Of a stretch of DNA of 64,000 nt, positions 38,415-51,300 are shown piece after piece. Source of the DNA: Saccostrea cucullata. Taxonomy: Eukaryota. Each line of letters starts with the position of its first letter. Within the stretch, counting starts at the first letter, position 1. A program made the position numbers and the translations under genes. Location: positions 248,001-312,000 of the forward strand of contig NW_026928226.1 in assembly GCF_032062105.1 (NCBI RefSeq). The letters run 5' to 3'. The notes beneath the pieces were generated by a model. It was not told the DNA's origin. It saw nothing but the letters and a program-made list of their open reading frames with translations, and made no database searches.

Positions 38415-38740
38415 TCTAAATAATCCTACATCATGACACTAGATAAGTAATCATTATTGTTCATCATTGCTGATATGACGTCATAAAGTTCGTCAAATTA
38501 GTCTAAAAACGTCCCGTTTTTTGATAGGGAAGTATATTAATCTGTGATATAAATTCAAAACTCGACAGTGAATTAATCAGTATATATGTCATTTAAATTC
38601 CATGCTATACAAGATCATAAACTATATTTAGAAAAATAGCTATTATCCTAAAATACCTGACAAAGGACTTTACAGTCCTTTTATCTCTAAATTTGCACAA
38701 CTATGATGTAAATATTATCAAATACAGTTCAATGTTTATA

Positions 38741-38911
38741 TGGTGTACCTTCAGATATCCGGATCCTGCAGTATCCGGACGACTTTTCGTCGCACAGATT
38801 TTTTTATTTTTATTTTGTCTTGTTTAACTTGTAATTCAGATATCCGGACACTTCTCGTATCCGCACAAATTGACTAGGGACCAAAGCTTCCGGATAAATG
38901 AGACCCCACTG
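38741..38911. mobile_element. Short TA-type MITE (degenerate)
   Basis: Repeated ATCCGGA motifs; right end TCCGGATAAATGAGACCCCACTG|TA; left TIR degenerate. Confidence 0.5.
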
Positions 38912-39441
38912 TATTGAAATTTATGTTTTAGAAAAATTGGTCCATAGTACGTGATTATTTGGGTCCATTGGCCTCTTGTGATATTTTTTAGATAAATTCC
39001 AATTATAAAACAAGTACGCCATCAAGTTGTTAAGATAGAATTAGGTTTGTTTGTGGAGAAATAATAACCCAGATGCAATAATATTGCTTGTCACAAGTTG
39101 ATCGTGTAGAGAAGCCTTTTTCTACCCATTCATTTTGCAGTCACAGGTCAAATATAACTCTACACATTTTTTTCAAACATATACAAAAGAATAAATATTT
39201 CTTTGAAGAATAAAAATACATGAAATTATGGTTTTATTTGATAAGATCAGGACAAAAACGTTTATGTGCCCTGTCATCTGTCTACTTTAAACTGTTATTA
39301 TGCACAAATAAAGAGCAGAGTAGGCATGTTATATAACTGGAATTAAACGGGAGAATAAGAAACGACTGACAGGAAATCTCTACTTAGAGTTATTCAGCAT
39401 GCTAAGCTTGATCTAGTATAGCACGCTCTTGTGAGAGATTA

Positions 39442-39458
39442 TGAGTCACGTGACGTAA
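39442..39458 (+). promoter_or_regulatory. Candidate composite AP-1/E-box(CLEAR)/CRE-like site upstream of a putative non-coding first exon of TRIM E
   Basis: TGAGTCACGTGACGTAA; strong donor CAG|GTAAGA at 39524; acceptor TTTCAG at 41866. Confidence 0.35.
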
Positions 39459-39902
39459 AAACATCAACATCGTGTTGAGTTTCCGTTGGAAAGGATAGCA
39501 GACATTTACATACTTCTAGACAGGTAAGACGTCTTGGTCAATAGATATCAATTTTTTTTCATACTTTGTGCATACATTTTGAAGCAAGACAGTCATAATT
39601 TCTTCGTCTTTTTTTGTAAACAACCCCTTTTTTCATTCTAATGAAATACTTCATAAAACCTATGTATGAATTTTGTTAAGGACTGGTAAAGTCACTATAG
39701 TGTCTTGCGTGATCAAATAATTTTATGCAGTTTATTGAAGTGTCATGAAATATATGATTTCACATTCTTCCTCTTTTTAATATGCAAATCTTCCGTTAAT
39801 AGCAACCATTAGACCCAAAACATTAAATCCCAGACCTGAGTTTCACTTATTGAATTGTATAATTAAAAGTATGGGGAAATTGAACGTCAAACGTATAATA
39901 AA

Positions 39903-40043
39903 TGTCAGGCTGGTTTCTTACCGGATCACTCAACCGTTTGGCAATAACAGCATGTTAAGAGCAATGTTGACGGAAAGTTGTGTTGTAGAGTGCTTTATGA
40001 TCTAGCAAAATCTTTTGATAGAGTATGACGTAAGGGTCTTTTA
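39903..40043 (+). mobile_element. Non-LTR (CR1/L2-like) RT fragment
   Basis: CQAGFLPDHST and YDLAKSFDRV*RKGLL, the QxGF..ST / DLxKAFDRV motifs of LINE RTs. Confidence 0.7.
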
Positions 40044-41872
40044 AACTCTAACATATTTCATATTTTGCAATCCTTTTGAATCCCATTATTGTTATCTGAA
40101 TACTGGAATTCTGAAGTTTGTAGAATATACTATTAGTTCCTGTACACATACTTCAGGGTTTATTCTTTATATCGATTTTGATATAATGAATGAAAATAAG
40201 TTGTTACTATGAAGATCATTTGTAGAAGAGAATTCTATGAGGGGTATTCAAAATCAAAAAGTTCGCAAAGTAATTGAATAACAGCCATAAAAGAAATGAA
40301 ATTAAGTTTCAGTATTCATTATTTTTAAGGTAGCTTTCTCCTATTTTATTGCCAATCTGTCATTTTTCTGCTCATGCACGAATCACTTGATCCAGGCGTT
40401 CACGTGAGATGTTCCGTAGCTTTCTGTTTACAAAAGCTGAATGATTTTTTTCTGAGTTGTAAAATTTGAGATTAATATTTTTTAAATCATACAAAAAAAT
40501 ATTTCTTGAAAGAAATTTTAGCTGAATTCTTATATATTTTAAAAATATTATTGATCTTCGAATCTTCAGCAATGCCACTGAGAGTGTTAATTTTGTTATA
40601 TACCCCTGGTTAATTTTTTGCCAGGAGAAATCAGTTAGTGAGACTATATGATTAGCAATATAATAGTGCATATAAAAACTTTCTCTTTTCTAGACTCCAA
40701 ATTCACCCTTATCACCTCTTTCTAAAAGATACACAATTAACTTTTGTCAGGCCTCATGTTGAATATTTTGTTTGCTTAAGTTGCTTGGAATTTTTAGTGG
40801 AAATGAATTTTTTGAAATGATTTGATTTAATTAGAATGTTTTTGTAGTTTTCAAAAGCATTCCCCAGTTTTAGGTAGATTCTGACTCAGAAAATTAGTCT
40901 TGAACCTATAAGTATAGCTAAAAATTTTAAAGTTTTGGACTGGACATATCAAATCTATGAAATCGATTAAACTTGATCATGTTTGAGTAAGGTGTTACGC
41001 CTTGACGCTTGTATCCAAGGCTGAAAGCATTACACAGTTCTGATAATTTTTTATACCTTTTTATTCTTCCATTATTGTTTGAAAATGTATTCATTTCATA
41101 ACAAGGAATACAAAATATCAGGCTGAAAGCTTTTGCTTCTACCCAATTTTCGATCTCGACTAAGTCTGTATTTGTAAATTTACCGAACAGGATCGATTTC
41201 CTGTAACAACAAACAGAACGGTTTTGTTTCTTTGAAATGGATAAAAATATTGAACGCAAACCATTGAACAAAAGAATGATCAAATGTTTGAATGTTACCA
41301 AAAAAAGAGACACTATGACTTAATTTTAATCTGTAAAGATAACATTTAGATGTAAAACTTGACATTGCACCGATTAAAATTAAATTCTTGCTTTGTTGTA
41401 AATGACAGTTCAAATATATTTTGTCCACCATGCTTCATTAATTTTAACTCCTTTTTTTCTCTCCATTTTATTATTTGAATTATATAGTACAAACGTATTA
41501 GAATTTTTTTAATATTGAAAATAATATGTATATCTTTCATCCTTTATAATCTAAAAAATGTCATGGTAGACTGTGTGGAATAAATGGTCTGAAATGTTGA
41601 TTTTTGTAGTCTCTTTCTGATTGCAGTACTGTCTTGCATTTTTGGTAGTTTGCCTTCACATTAAGGTTATTTTGAAAATAACTAACTCTATAAATGCTAC
41701 ATATATTGATTCAATCTTGAAAATCTAAAGTAAAAAGAACAAAAAAAAAAACATTTCTAAAACAAGAAACCAACAGTTTACAGTCTCTGGCCAGCAGAAT
41801 TTAAAGATGATTCTCTTTTCAATTACCGGTATTTATCAACGTTAAATCATTTTGTTTCAATTTCAGTTAGGC

Positions 41873-44354
41873 ATGGACCCGAATACTAGTTCCCAGGATG
41901 TAATACGATGTGACTTGTGTGAGACAGCTATAGTATATATGTACTGTAATACATGCCTCAATAACTTGTGCAAAACCTGTGTGGGAGAACACATTGCAAC
42001 TGATGAATTGAAAGATCACAGAGTGCTCAAATTTGAGTCTAGAAATTCGACTCCATTCTACCCTACATGTAAATGTGCTTTCCATGAAATAGAACGATGT
42101 GAGATGTACTGTAGACACTGTGACATTCCTGTGTGTAACACTTGCCTGGCATCCGATCAACATCTCGGTCATAGATTATCGAAAATCTTACAAGTTATGG
42201 GGGAAAAGAAAGAAATGATAAAAATGCAGCGAAACCAATTAAATGAAACCATTTACCCAACATATCAACATATTGCAACTGATGTTCAAAATAGAATACT
42301 AGTAAGTGAACTGGAAAAGAAATATAAAGAGATCTCAGAAGCCATCACGAAACGTGGACATTACTGGCACAGTAAAGTTGATAAAGTTGTGAAGAAACTT
42401 AAATCCCAACTTGATGAAATAAAGAAATCTCAGTTAAAAACTATGCAAAAACATTTGAATGAAATCAACAAGAAAATTATGGACATTAAAGATGACATTG
42501 ATTTATTTGATGCATGCATTGCTGAACACACCAATGACATTGCGAGATTAATAAGTGTAACACCAAAGACGGATCAATATCAGAAGCTTCCACAAAAACT
42601 TGTACCCTCACTACCTCAATTCATTCCAAATACTATTCAAGACGAAACATTAAGTCATCAATTAGGAAGCATATCACCATTTTCATTTATATCAGAAGAG
42701 TATGGTTACATATTCAAACCAAGGCAAGAAATGCAAAAAGCCGGTTCCTCTCGGTTAACTAAAACGAAATCACCAGATGTTGTATTCCATCAGGTTTACA
42801 TCGATATTTTCTTACAAATAATCCTCAAAATATTTCCTGTCTTGGTGATGATAAATTGTGGATATGTGATGAAAGCAATATTATTGAACTTTACGTTGTA
42901 AAAGATCATATACAAGACCGGTTTATCAAAACGAAGGCAAGGACCATACCAGAAGACATAGCAGTGTTAAGAAGCGAAGACTTAGTTTATACTGATGGCT
43001 TGTATAAAACAATAAACATCGTTAAGAATGACGAGATACAGGAGTTGATCAGACTTCAGTACTGGAAACCATCACGAAACGTGGACATTACTGGCACAGT
43101 AAAGTTGATAAAGTTGTGAAGAAACTTAAATCCCAACTTGATGAAATAAAGAAATCTCAGTTAAAAACTATGCAAAAACATTTGAATGAAATCAACAAGA
43201 AAATTATGGACATTAAAGATGACATTGATTTATTTGATGCATGCATTGCTGAACACACCAATGACATTGCGAGATTAATAAGTGTAACACCAAAGACGGA
43301 TCAATATCAGAAGCTTCCACAAAAACTTGTACCCTCACTACCTCAATTCATTCCAAATACTATTCAAGACGAAACATTAAGTTATCAATTAGGAAGCATA
43401 TCACCATTTTCATTTATATCAGAAGAGTATGGTTACATATTCAAACCAAGGCAAGAAATGCAAAAAGCCGGTTCCTCTCGGTTAACTAAAACGAAATCAC
43501 CAGATGTTGTATTCCATCAGGTTTACATCGATATTTTCCATCTTACAAATAATCCTCAAAATATTTCCTGTCTTGGTGATGATAAATTGTGGATATGTGA
43601 TGAAAGCAATATTATTGAACTTTACGTTGTAAAAGATCATATACAAGACCGGTTTATCAAAACGAAGGCAAGGACCATACCAGAAGACATAGCAGTGTTA
43701 AGAAGCGAAGACTTAGTTTATACTGATGGCTTGTATAAAACAATAAACATCGTTAAGAATGACGAGATACAGGAGTTGATCAGACTTCAGTACTGGAAAC
43801 CTCGTTATGTCTGCAGCACTTTCTCTGTTGACATTCTGGTTACTATGGGAAGTGATGACAACAAACAAACAAAAGTTGTTCGATACACTGACTTCACAGA
43901 AAATCAAACCATTCAATTTGATGATGAGGGTAAACCACTATATTCCTCTGGTGGTCCTAGGCGATACATGAACATATGTGAAAATAGGAATCTGGATGTA
44001 TGTGTAGCTGACTATCACGCTAAAGCAATAGTGGTGGTCAATCGGGCCGGGAAACTGAGATTCAGATATATTGGACATACTCCTGCTCCTAGGAATAAAC
44101 CATTTTGTCCACAAGGAATCACTACAGACAGTGAGAGTCACATCCTTACAACTGATTATGATAATCGATGTGTCCATATCATTGACAAAGATGGACAGTT
44201 TCTTCATTATCTGATCCTTGGAAAGAATAAACCGTATAGAATCTGTATAGATAATGTTGACAATCTTTTCGTTATTTCCAAAGAAAAAGACAAAGAGAGG
44301 GACGAATGGTATTGCACTCACAGTTGTGTTATGAAAATCAAATATATGTGGTGA
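41873..44354 (+). pseudogene. TRIM-like locus E with an internal tandem duplication (42344-43070 / 43071-43801); 584-aa intact ORF if the first copy is removed
   Basis: ORF-track pieces 41852-42901, 42856-43119 and 43116-44354 are explained by a 727/731-bp duplication and a 4-bp deletion in copy 1. Confidence 0.85.
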
Positions 44355-45319
44355 AACCAATTATACCAATAATCATTGTAATGGCATACAAGAATATGAA
44401 AAGAATGATAAACAGAACATATAACTGATTTGTATACTTCAATTTTTTTCAAAAAGGTTATTGTTCTGCAATAAACAGCTGAAATATTTATGGATAACAT
44501 GCCCCTAACTAGTCCTATTTTTTATTTGACCTAGATCATTTATTTGATGGCTTTCAATACAAAATACCAGAAAATATGACGAGACAACAGATGTACTTTA
44601 GTAAGAGCAAATTAATCGGGTGTTGAGGCGAAAACTTGTGCAAATGAAAATCAATAGAGTTCTTAAGGAATAAAGACTGTTTTATAAATTAATATTTACA
44701 TGGGCATGAGATGAACAGTCCGGTCCTTCAAAAGAAACCATATCAATTGAAATCCCTTAAAGAATGAATGCTGGTATGAAAAATATTCAACAACATTTAA
44801 TTCAAAATTTATTTATTGAACATTGAAAATTAAATTGAATTAAAGTTAAAATATTGGCGGGTTTGATTGACACATCCTTGTACTTTCACAAATTTTAATT
44901 TTATTCTTAATATTTAGGAAAAGTGGCAATCTTGTCGTGTATAAATGAAAAAAAAATGGAAACTATGATTAATTTAAGTTCCCCAGTGCTTGGATTATTT
45001 CATGAGGGGCAAACGAGGGAAATAGTTCTCGTCGATTGGAACTGGAATTTTGCTAACTCTCTCAATGATATACTTTTTAACTGTTTTATCATACCGATAC
45101 AAAAGAAAATAAATAGAGGAATACGAATGACGGGGAATTGGCTTTTGGAGCAGGGATTATTTAACTTGACGTCCGCACGGGGATTATTCTAATGACATAT
45201 TTTACCTATACAAAAGTAAATTCTAGAAGATAACGGATAACTGGGAATTAGCTTCCGAAGCAGAGAATAGCTCATTTGTCGAACGCGCAAAGATTAGTTC
45301 TTCACAATGGTTTTTACTA

Positions 45320-45405
45320 CGGACCTCAGGAAATCCCAGAGGTTGAATCAGGTGCCCAGGAGGAGTAAGTATCCCCTATTGACCGGTCACACCTGTTGTG
45401 AGCCC
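45320..45405 (-). mobile_element. Naiad PLE 3'-end fragment
   Basis: CAGAGGT..ATCAGGTGCC..GGAGGAGT.AG.ATCCCCT..TGACCGGTCACACC matches 48960-49017. Confidence 0.8.
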
Positions 45406-46071
45406 GAAATGTTTTAGTGGATTATCCTTAGTCAATATTAAAATAAAATGAGGCCTTATATAGTGTTTGTCACATGTAAAGTAGCATGCAAAACATAAAG
45501 GTTTATCTTTTTTTTTTTTTTAAAAAAAGAAAGATGTTTAAACTTCACATATGCTTTTATGTACTGCTGTAAATTGTATCATAAAATGCAGCTCTCTGTG
45601 TCATTCATGCAGGAAAATAGTAATTACAAAGTAAATAATGAGAATTTTCAAATATTTTTTTTCCAATTCAGCAGACTGCTTTGTATATTTCTAATGAGCA
45701 TTAAAATATAGATGTTTAAATAATTTGTTCGGACCAGTAAAAAAAAATAACCTAGCACGTAAATAAAGCAGCAATGTGAATAAATGTGGCCTCAAAACAC
45801 CGATGGTGTTGAATTTCTTAACTTAGACTCATTTTTGACAGATAATCATTTTTTTTGGATTTCTAGATTTTTTCCCCTATAAGTCATAGTTCTGTCTTAT
45901 TTTATTTATATACACGTTATTATTCATCATTTTGATCCATTTTGATATTACGGTGTCATCAAAAGTCACAATGTCCAAAAATTTGTTTTTACAATAGCTC
46001 TAAAACAATGTGAATCATACAGTAAAACTTCAACAGTTTATAAACATATCTTTGTTTAACATACATGTATA

Positions 46072-46274
46072 CTGTAAAATCAAATATTTTCATGGGGTCA
46101 AATTTAGTGGTATGAGGATCTCTTGGTACGTGAGATTTGATTTCGTGGATCAATAATAAATGAGTAATTATGTTTGTAGCATTTCACATCCCGTAATAGG
46201 CATGAGTTTGTGGGTCATAACATACCTTGAAAACAACGAAAATTAAAATCCCTCAAAACTTTGTGATTTCACAG
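46072..46274. mobile_element. TA-flanked MITE
   Basis: TA|CTGTAAAATCA...TGATTTCACAG|TA. Confidence 0.65.
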
Positions 46275-46569
46275 TAGTTAAACCCTGCACACTAAGGACT
46301 TGTTGTGTAAGTCATTACAAGTGTATATAAATTTAACAGTAAGAACCTTAATCAGAGGAATATAAAGGTTTACTGTAAAAGCTATCATGGAGGATACAAA
46401 GGTTTGCTGACAGAACCCTTTCAGAGTATAAGCTAAAAATGTACATATGTTGACACAAGACGCACGACGGAGGAAAGACGACGATAAACGAAAAGTAAAA
46501 CCTTCCATTTTTTCAGCAGAGGATTGTTTCCCCATTTATTCAAACTTTTATTGTGTGTTGTGTGCTCCT

Positions 46570-47150
46570 CGCTGTGTCATGATTTGAACCAACTTTATTT
46601 TACACAACCCGAAACTCCGTCTGTATCAGTCCATGTTTACAAAGTAATCAGGCTTTCTGAAGGAAAGAGTTTGCCAATTTATTTCTATAAATATATCCCC
46701 TGAGTTCATTATTTGATGAAACTTGAATTTACCAGATAACATGTATAACTAATTATAACAAATCATGGCGTTAGTCTTTCTGAGTAGACCATGATGACCT
46801 ATTGCGGTCCAGTTCTTTCCTTGAAAGTATTAATTTGAACTACGTTGACTCTTCACTATGCAATGAAACTTTCATATAAATTTCAATTTTTCTGGCTCAG
46901 GCTGGTTTTTGTTGATAAGGTTTTTCCAAATATGCGACTTACTTTTCACAAATTGCAATCTATATCACTCATAGAAAGAGGGAATGTTCCTTTATTTAAT
47001 TGTGGCAAGTTTGGTTGAAATTCGTTTATTGGTTTTAAGAAGAAGTTGAAAATGAATAAAAAAAATATACAGAAGCAGACAGTCAGATGAACACAAAACA
47101 AACTGTGATCAGAAACATTCATCTCAGCTTTCAGCTCTCTGACAGGTCAA
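46570..47150 (+). repeat. Degenerate Helentron-like/satellite-related repeat
   Basis: AAACTTGAAT units, GCAAGTTTGGTTGAAATT and GATCAGAAA..AGCTTTCAGCTC tail as at 27474-27608. Confidence 0.5.
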
Positions 47151-48333
47151 CGAAAATAAAGACCTTAATAAGAGTCAGACATGTTCGTTCTCTAAAAAAA
47201 ATAACCCACTTAAACACCAACGGTAATTATACAGTAGGCAATTGGAATTATCATCTTATTGTGTATTCTTGTTGTTAAATGCTGGGTGATAAACATTCCA
47301 TTTCGGTCATTAGAAATAATATCAGCTGCAATATGTAGTTTGTTGTTCAATAAATAACGCACTAAACTAAATGTAATGAACTGTCATTTAACAATAAAAA
47401 CAATTCAACCTCAACACTGTGTTTTTCTTATAATATACATTAGTAGTATAGAATTGCTCAGAGTAAACACAATTTCCCAGTCAAGCAAGAAGATTGTCTA
47501 AAATTACAGATCAAATTATAGAACTTCACAGGCGGCTTTGTTTCTTTCTGCTGATCGTATTCAATACATATTTTTTTAATACCCTGCTGACTCAAACTAG
47601 ACAAAAATAAAAATTGAAAAAATTGACAGGTAGATAATGGTTAGGGAATCATGTGACCTGGAACACCCTTTGTATTGAAACTTAGTTGTTTAGTGGAGCT
47701 AACATTGCTTTACTTGTCAACAGGTAATTATTAATTATAAAACTATTTTAAATCATATAATTTTCGTCATAATATTTTTTTAGTTGTATGAAAACATTTT
47801 GTGTGTTAGGCATATAATAAATATGTAAAGTTTTAGGTTGCTACAAACGTATGTATCTGACAGTCATATTCATCGTTATTTATATACAAAATCGATTTCT
47901 TCTTCGGCAGAGAGGAGAATAAATATCCAAAATTCGTGTGTTCAAATTCAAATTCTAAACTTGTGAGCACAAGATCATGGTTCATTAATGTGAATTAAAA
48001 ATTAGAGAAGCAAAAAAAATAAATAAATAAATAAAATTAAAAAAAAAAAAAACAATATTTTAAAGTCTGTAACTTTTACTGAATTTAGGTTGATTGATCC
48101 AAGTTCTCATATATATCCAGAAAAGAGAAAACAAAAGTGTTGATCTTTGATGAAAAAGGTGTTACCTTTATGCTAAAATTGGTTCATTTTCTCCTGAACT
48201 TTCAAAATACATCAACCGTACTTGTTACACTATGATAAAGGAAATCAGAAGAAAAAAATTCAGTGAATAATCTTGCAAATATTCATCCACAGATAAATAA
48301 TATAATTTATTATTTCAGAGCCTAACACTAGTC

Positions 48334-51300
48334 ATGGACCCCCGTACCAGTGCCCAGGATTTGATGCGATGTGACCTGTGTGAGACAACATTAGTACAGA
48401 TGCACTGTGACACATGTCTCGTCAACCTCTGCAAGGCCTGTGTTGGAGAACATATTTCAACGAATGAAACCAAGGATCACAGAGTGGTCAAATATCAGTC
48501 TAGGAATTCTACCGTTATCTACCCTGCATGCACCTCCCATGACAAAGAACAATGTGAGATGTTCTGTAGACATTGTGACATTCCTGTCTGTCACACTTGC
48601 CTGGCATCTGATCAACATCTTAGTCACAAGCTCTCAAAACTTTTGCACGTTGTAGGTGAAAAGAAAGACTTGAAAAGAAAAGAGCACAAAGAATTAAATG
48701 AAACAATTTATCCCACCTACCAGGACATAGACGTTGACGTGCAAAAGACAATGAGTCAGTTAGAAAAGGCATACGGAGATCTCTCAACAGTAATAACAAT
48801 ACATGGAGAGGAATGGCACAAACAAATTGACCAACTCGTCAGAAAACTTAAAGCACAGCTTAATGGAACGATATGGAAATAACGAACAGTATTCAATCTC
48901 AACGTCCATTAAACAAATATACAAAATAAGAGCAGAGCAAACACGGACCCCCGAAACATCAGAGGTGGGATCAGGTGCCATGGAGGAGTGAGCATCCCCT
49001 GCTGACCGGTCACACCCGCCGTGTGCTCGTTGTCATAATCAGGATATAACGGAAAAAATCCGTGGTCAATTCAGTGTATAAATAATGGACTAACAATTGG
49101 TATGAAAAACGTCAGTAAGCATTTCATTCAATGATAAATTGTATTTGCTGACAAGGTCATTGTATCGACCATAGAATTTACGAAATGATGACTTCAAACG
49201 AGACCGCTGATATTCTTGTTTCATCAACTTGCTTGTCAATAATTTACCTCGTTTAAGAAATTGTTCATACGTAGAACATGCTCTTGCATATCGAATCAAC
49301 TGAGATATAAATACTCCATATGCAGGTGATGAAGGTATATTGCTGCATAAGTAAGGGAAGTTGACGATAGAAAAGTTAAAGTCATCACGTTTATCATATA
49401 GCTTGGTTGTTAGATTACCATTAGTGTCTTTTTCAAGTAAAGTATCCAAGTATGAAGCAGAAGTGTCGGACTCTGTGGTATCTTTTATTTCAAGCTCACC
49501 AGGATATATCGTGTCGACGAAGGAATGGAAATTATCATTATTAATAGACAATACGTCGTCGATACCCCGGTATATCTAAATGTTGAGTGGAAGGCCAAAG
49601 CAAGTGTTTTCTTCTTTTCACGTATAAAATTTCGCTTCATATGAATACAAAAATAGGTCTGCTAATAACGGAGCGAAATTGGTACCCATGGGAATTCCAA
49701 CAGATTGTTGGAAGACCTGGTCTCCAAAAACCACATAGATATTGTCAATCAGAAACTCAAGCATCTTTTTGATGTCAACTTCAGAGTACTTATGTGTGCA
49801 ATCAGAATCTGTTTTAACAAAATAATTTTTCAAATGACCAATGACGAGGTAAGTAAACTTACGAGTTCCATTTTTGTTGAAGAAGCAGCTGTCAATGATA
49901 TCAAAAAGCCTGGATTTTAATTTGTCGTGGGGAATTGTTGTGTATAAAGTTGAAAAGTCGTAAGTTTTTATGCTGTTGATTTTTGTAAAGTCTTGTGATT
50001 TCAAATTGTCCAAAAGTTCTTTAGAATTTTTAAGTATCCACATCTGATTTACACCACTTCTTGAATATATAGTTGTACAGTACTCTTGAAGTTTTTCCTT
50101 CACTACTGTCAATATTATAGTGAGAAGTAACGAAAGAGGCTTGGCTGAACATTTACTGGAACCTGCAATGTATCTTTGTTTGTAAGGATTCTTATGAAGT
50201 TTCGGAATCCAATATATATAAGGTAGTTCAAATTCATTTTGGCTCTGTGGAATATTAAAAGTATTCAATACTGACAGGTGATTCTGAAGAATTTCTTCCT
50301 TAGAAGGGGAAGTATATGTATAAGTAGGATTACCACTTGTAGAATTAAATCCAAGTTCTTCTAGAATACAATTTATATAATGAGCCTTACAAACGAAGAC
50401 AATGTTGTTACCTGCTTTGTCGGCAGGAACCAGTACGTACTGATCGAGTAATATATCTAATTCTTTTTTCACTTCTGGTTTATTGAACACAGAAGGATAG
50501 ATGGTTTTCACTTTGCCCCTCAATCTTTTAATACGTGACTTTAACATGGATCTGATACATTTAATCCATTCTGACAAGGTGTCAATGTCTTCTTTTTCAT
50601 ATCTAGCCCATCGTCTGGCGTAATTTTCAACAGAATCCATAATATTTATGAAATTCCGACGCCAGTTGAAGGATTGGTGTTCCCTATATTTAGGACCTTT
50701 TAAAATAAGTGATCTAAGGTCCTCATTACGAACTATTTTTACGTCACCTGTAATAACGTGTCCAGCAGGACTATAGTTATAGGGCGAAGAAGAACATGAA
50801 CACGAAAGGGGATTTTTTTTCAGATAGTCAATATCCAGGCCATGTAAAGTGTATTTGTAATTGAAAAGTTTGGAAGCAATGGTCGATGTATATTTGTAGG
50901 AAATACAAGGTGTAGTCTTTAACTTGAAATATGGTGGAATACAAGACTGGACCCTTTTGTGATTAAGAATATTACTTATATTAACCGCGTCAATTCCTTT
51001 ATTGGCATATTGAAGTTTAAGGAAAAGACGGATTGTCAGATTCTCCTTCAATTTTTAATAAAGCAAAAACCGTACAGTTACAAACGTTAAAGGTACATCT
51101 AGATGAAATTCACGTTAAAATTGTAAACATTAAAGATGATATTGATTTTCTTGCTACCGCTGCAGATTCTAATGACATTTCAACACCGTTCAATGTAAGA
51201 TCTAATGTAGATAAATATAAGAAACTTCCACAAAAGTTTGTTCTGTCTTTACCAAAATTTATTCCAGGGACAATATTTATTCAAGGGGAAGAACTTTGTA

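Noticed and set aside
40372-41540. Minus-strand ORFs of 64-128 aa in the TRIM E upstream region
   Set aside because: No recognisable motif; may be decayed coding or TE sequence but cannot be supported
49090-51051. Selenoprotein-type Naiad (in-frame UGA recoding)
   Set aside because: No in-frame TGA in the ORFs; the breaks are frameshifts
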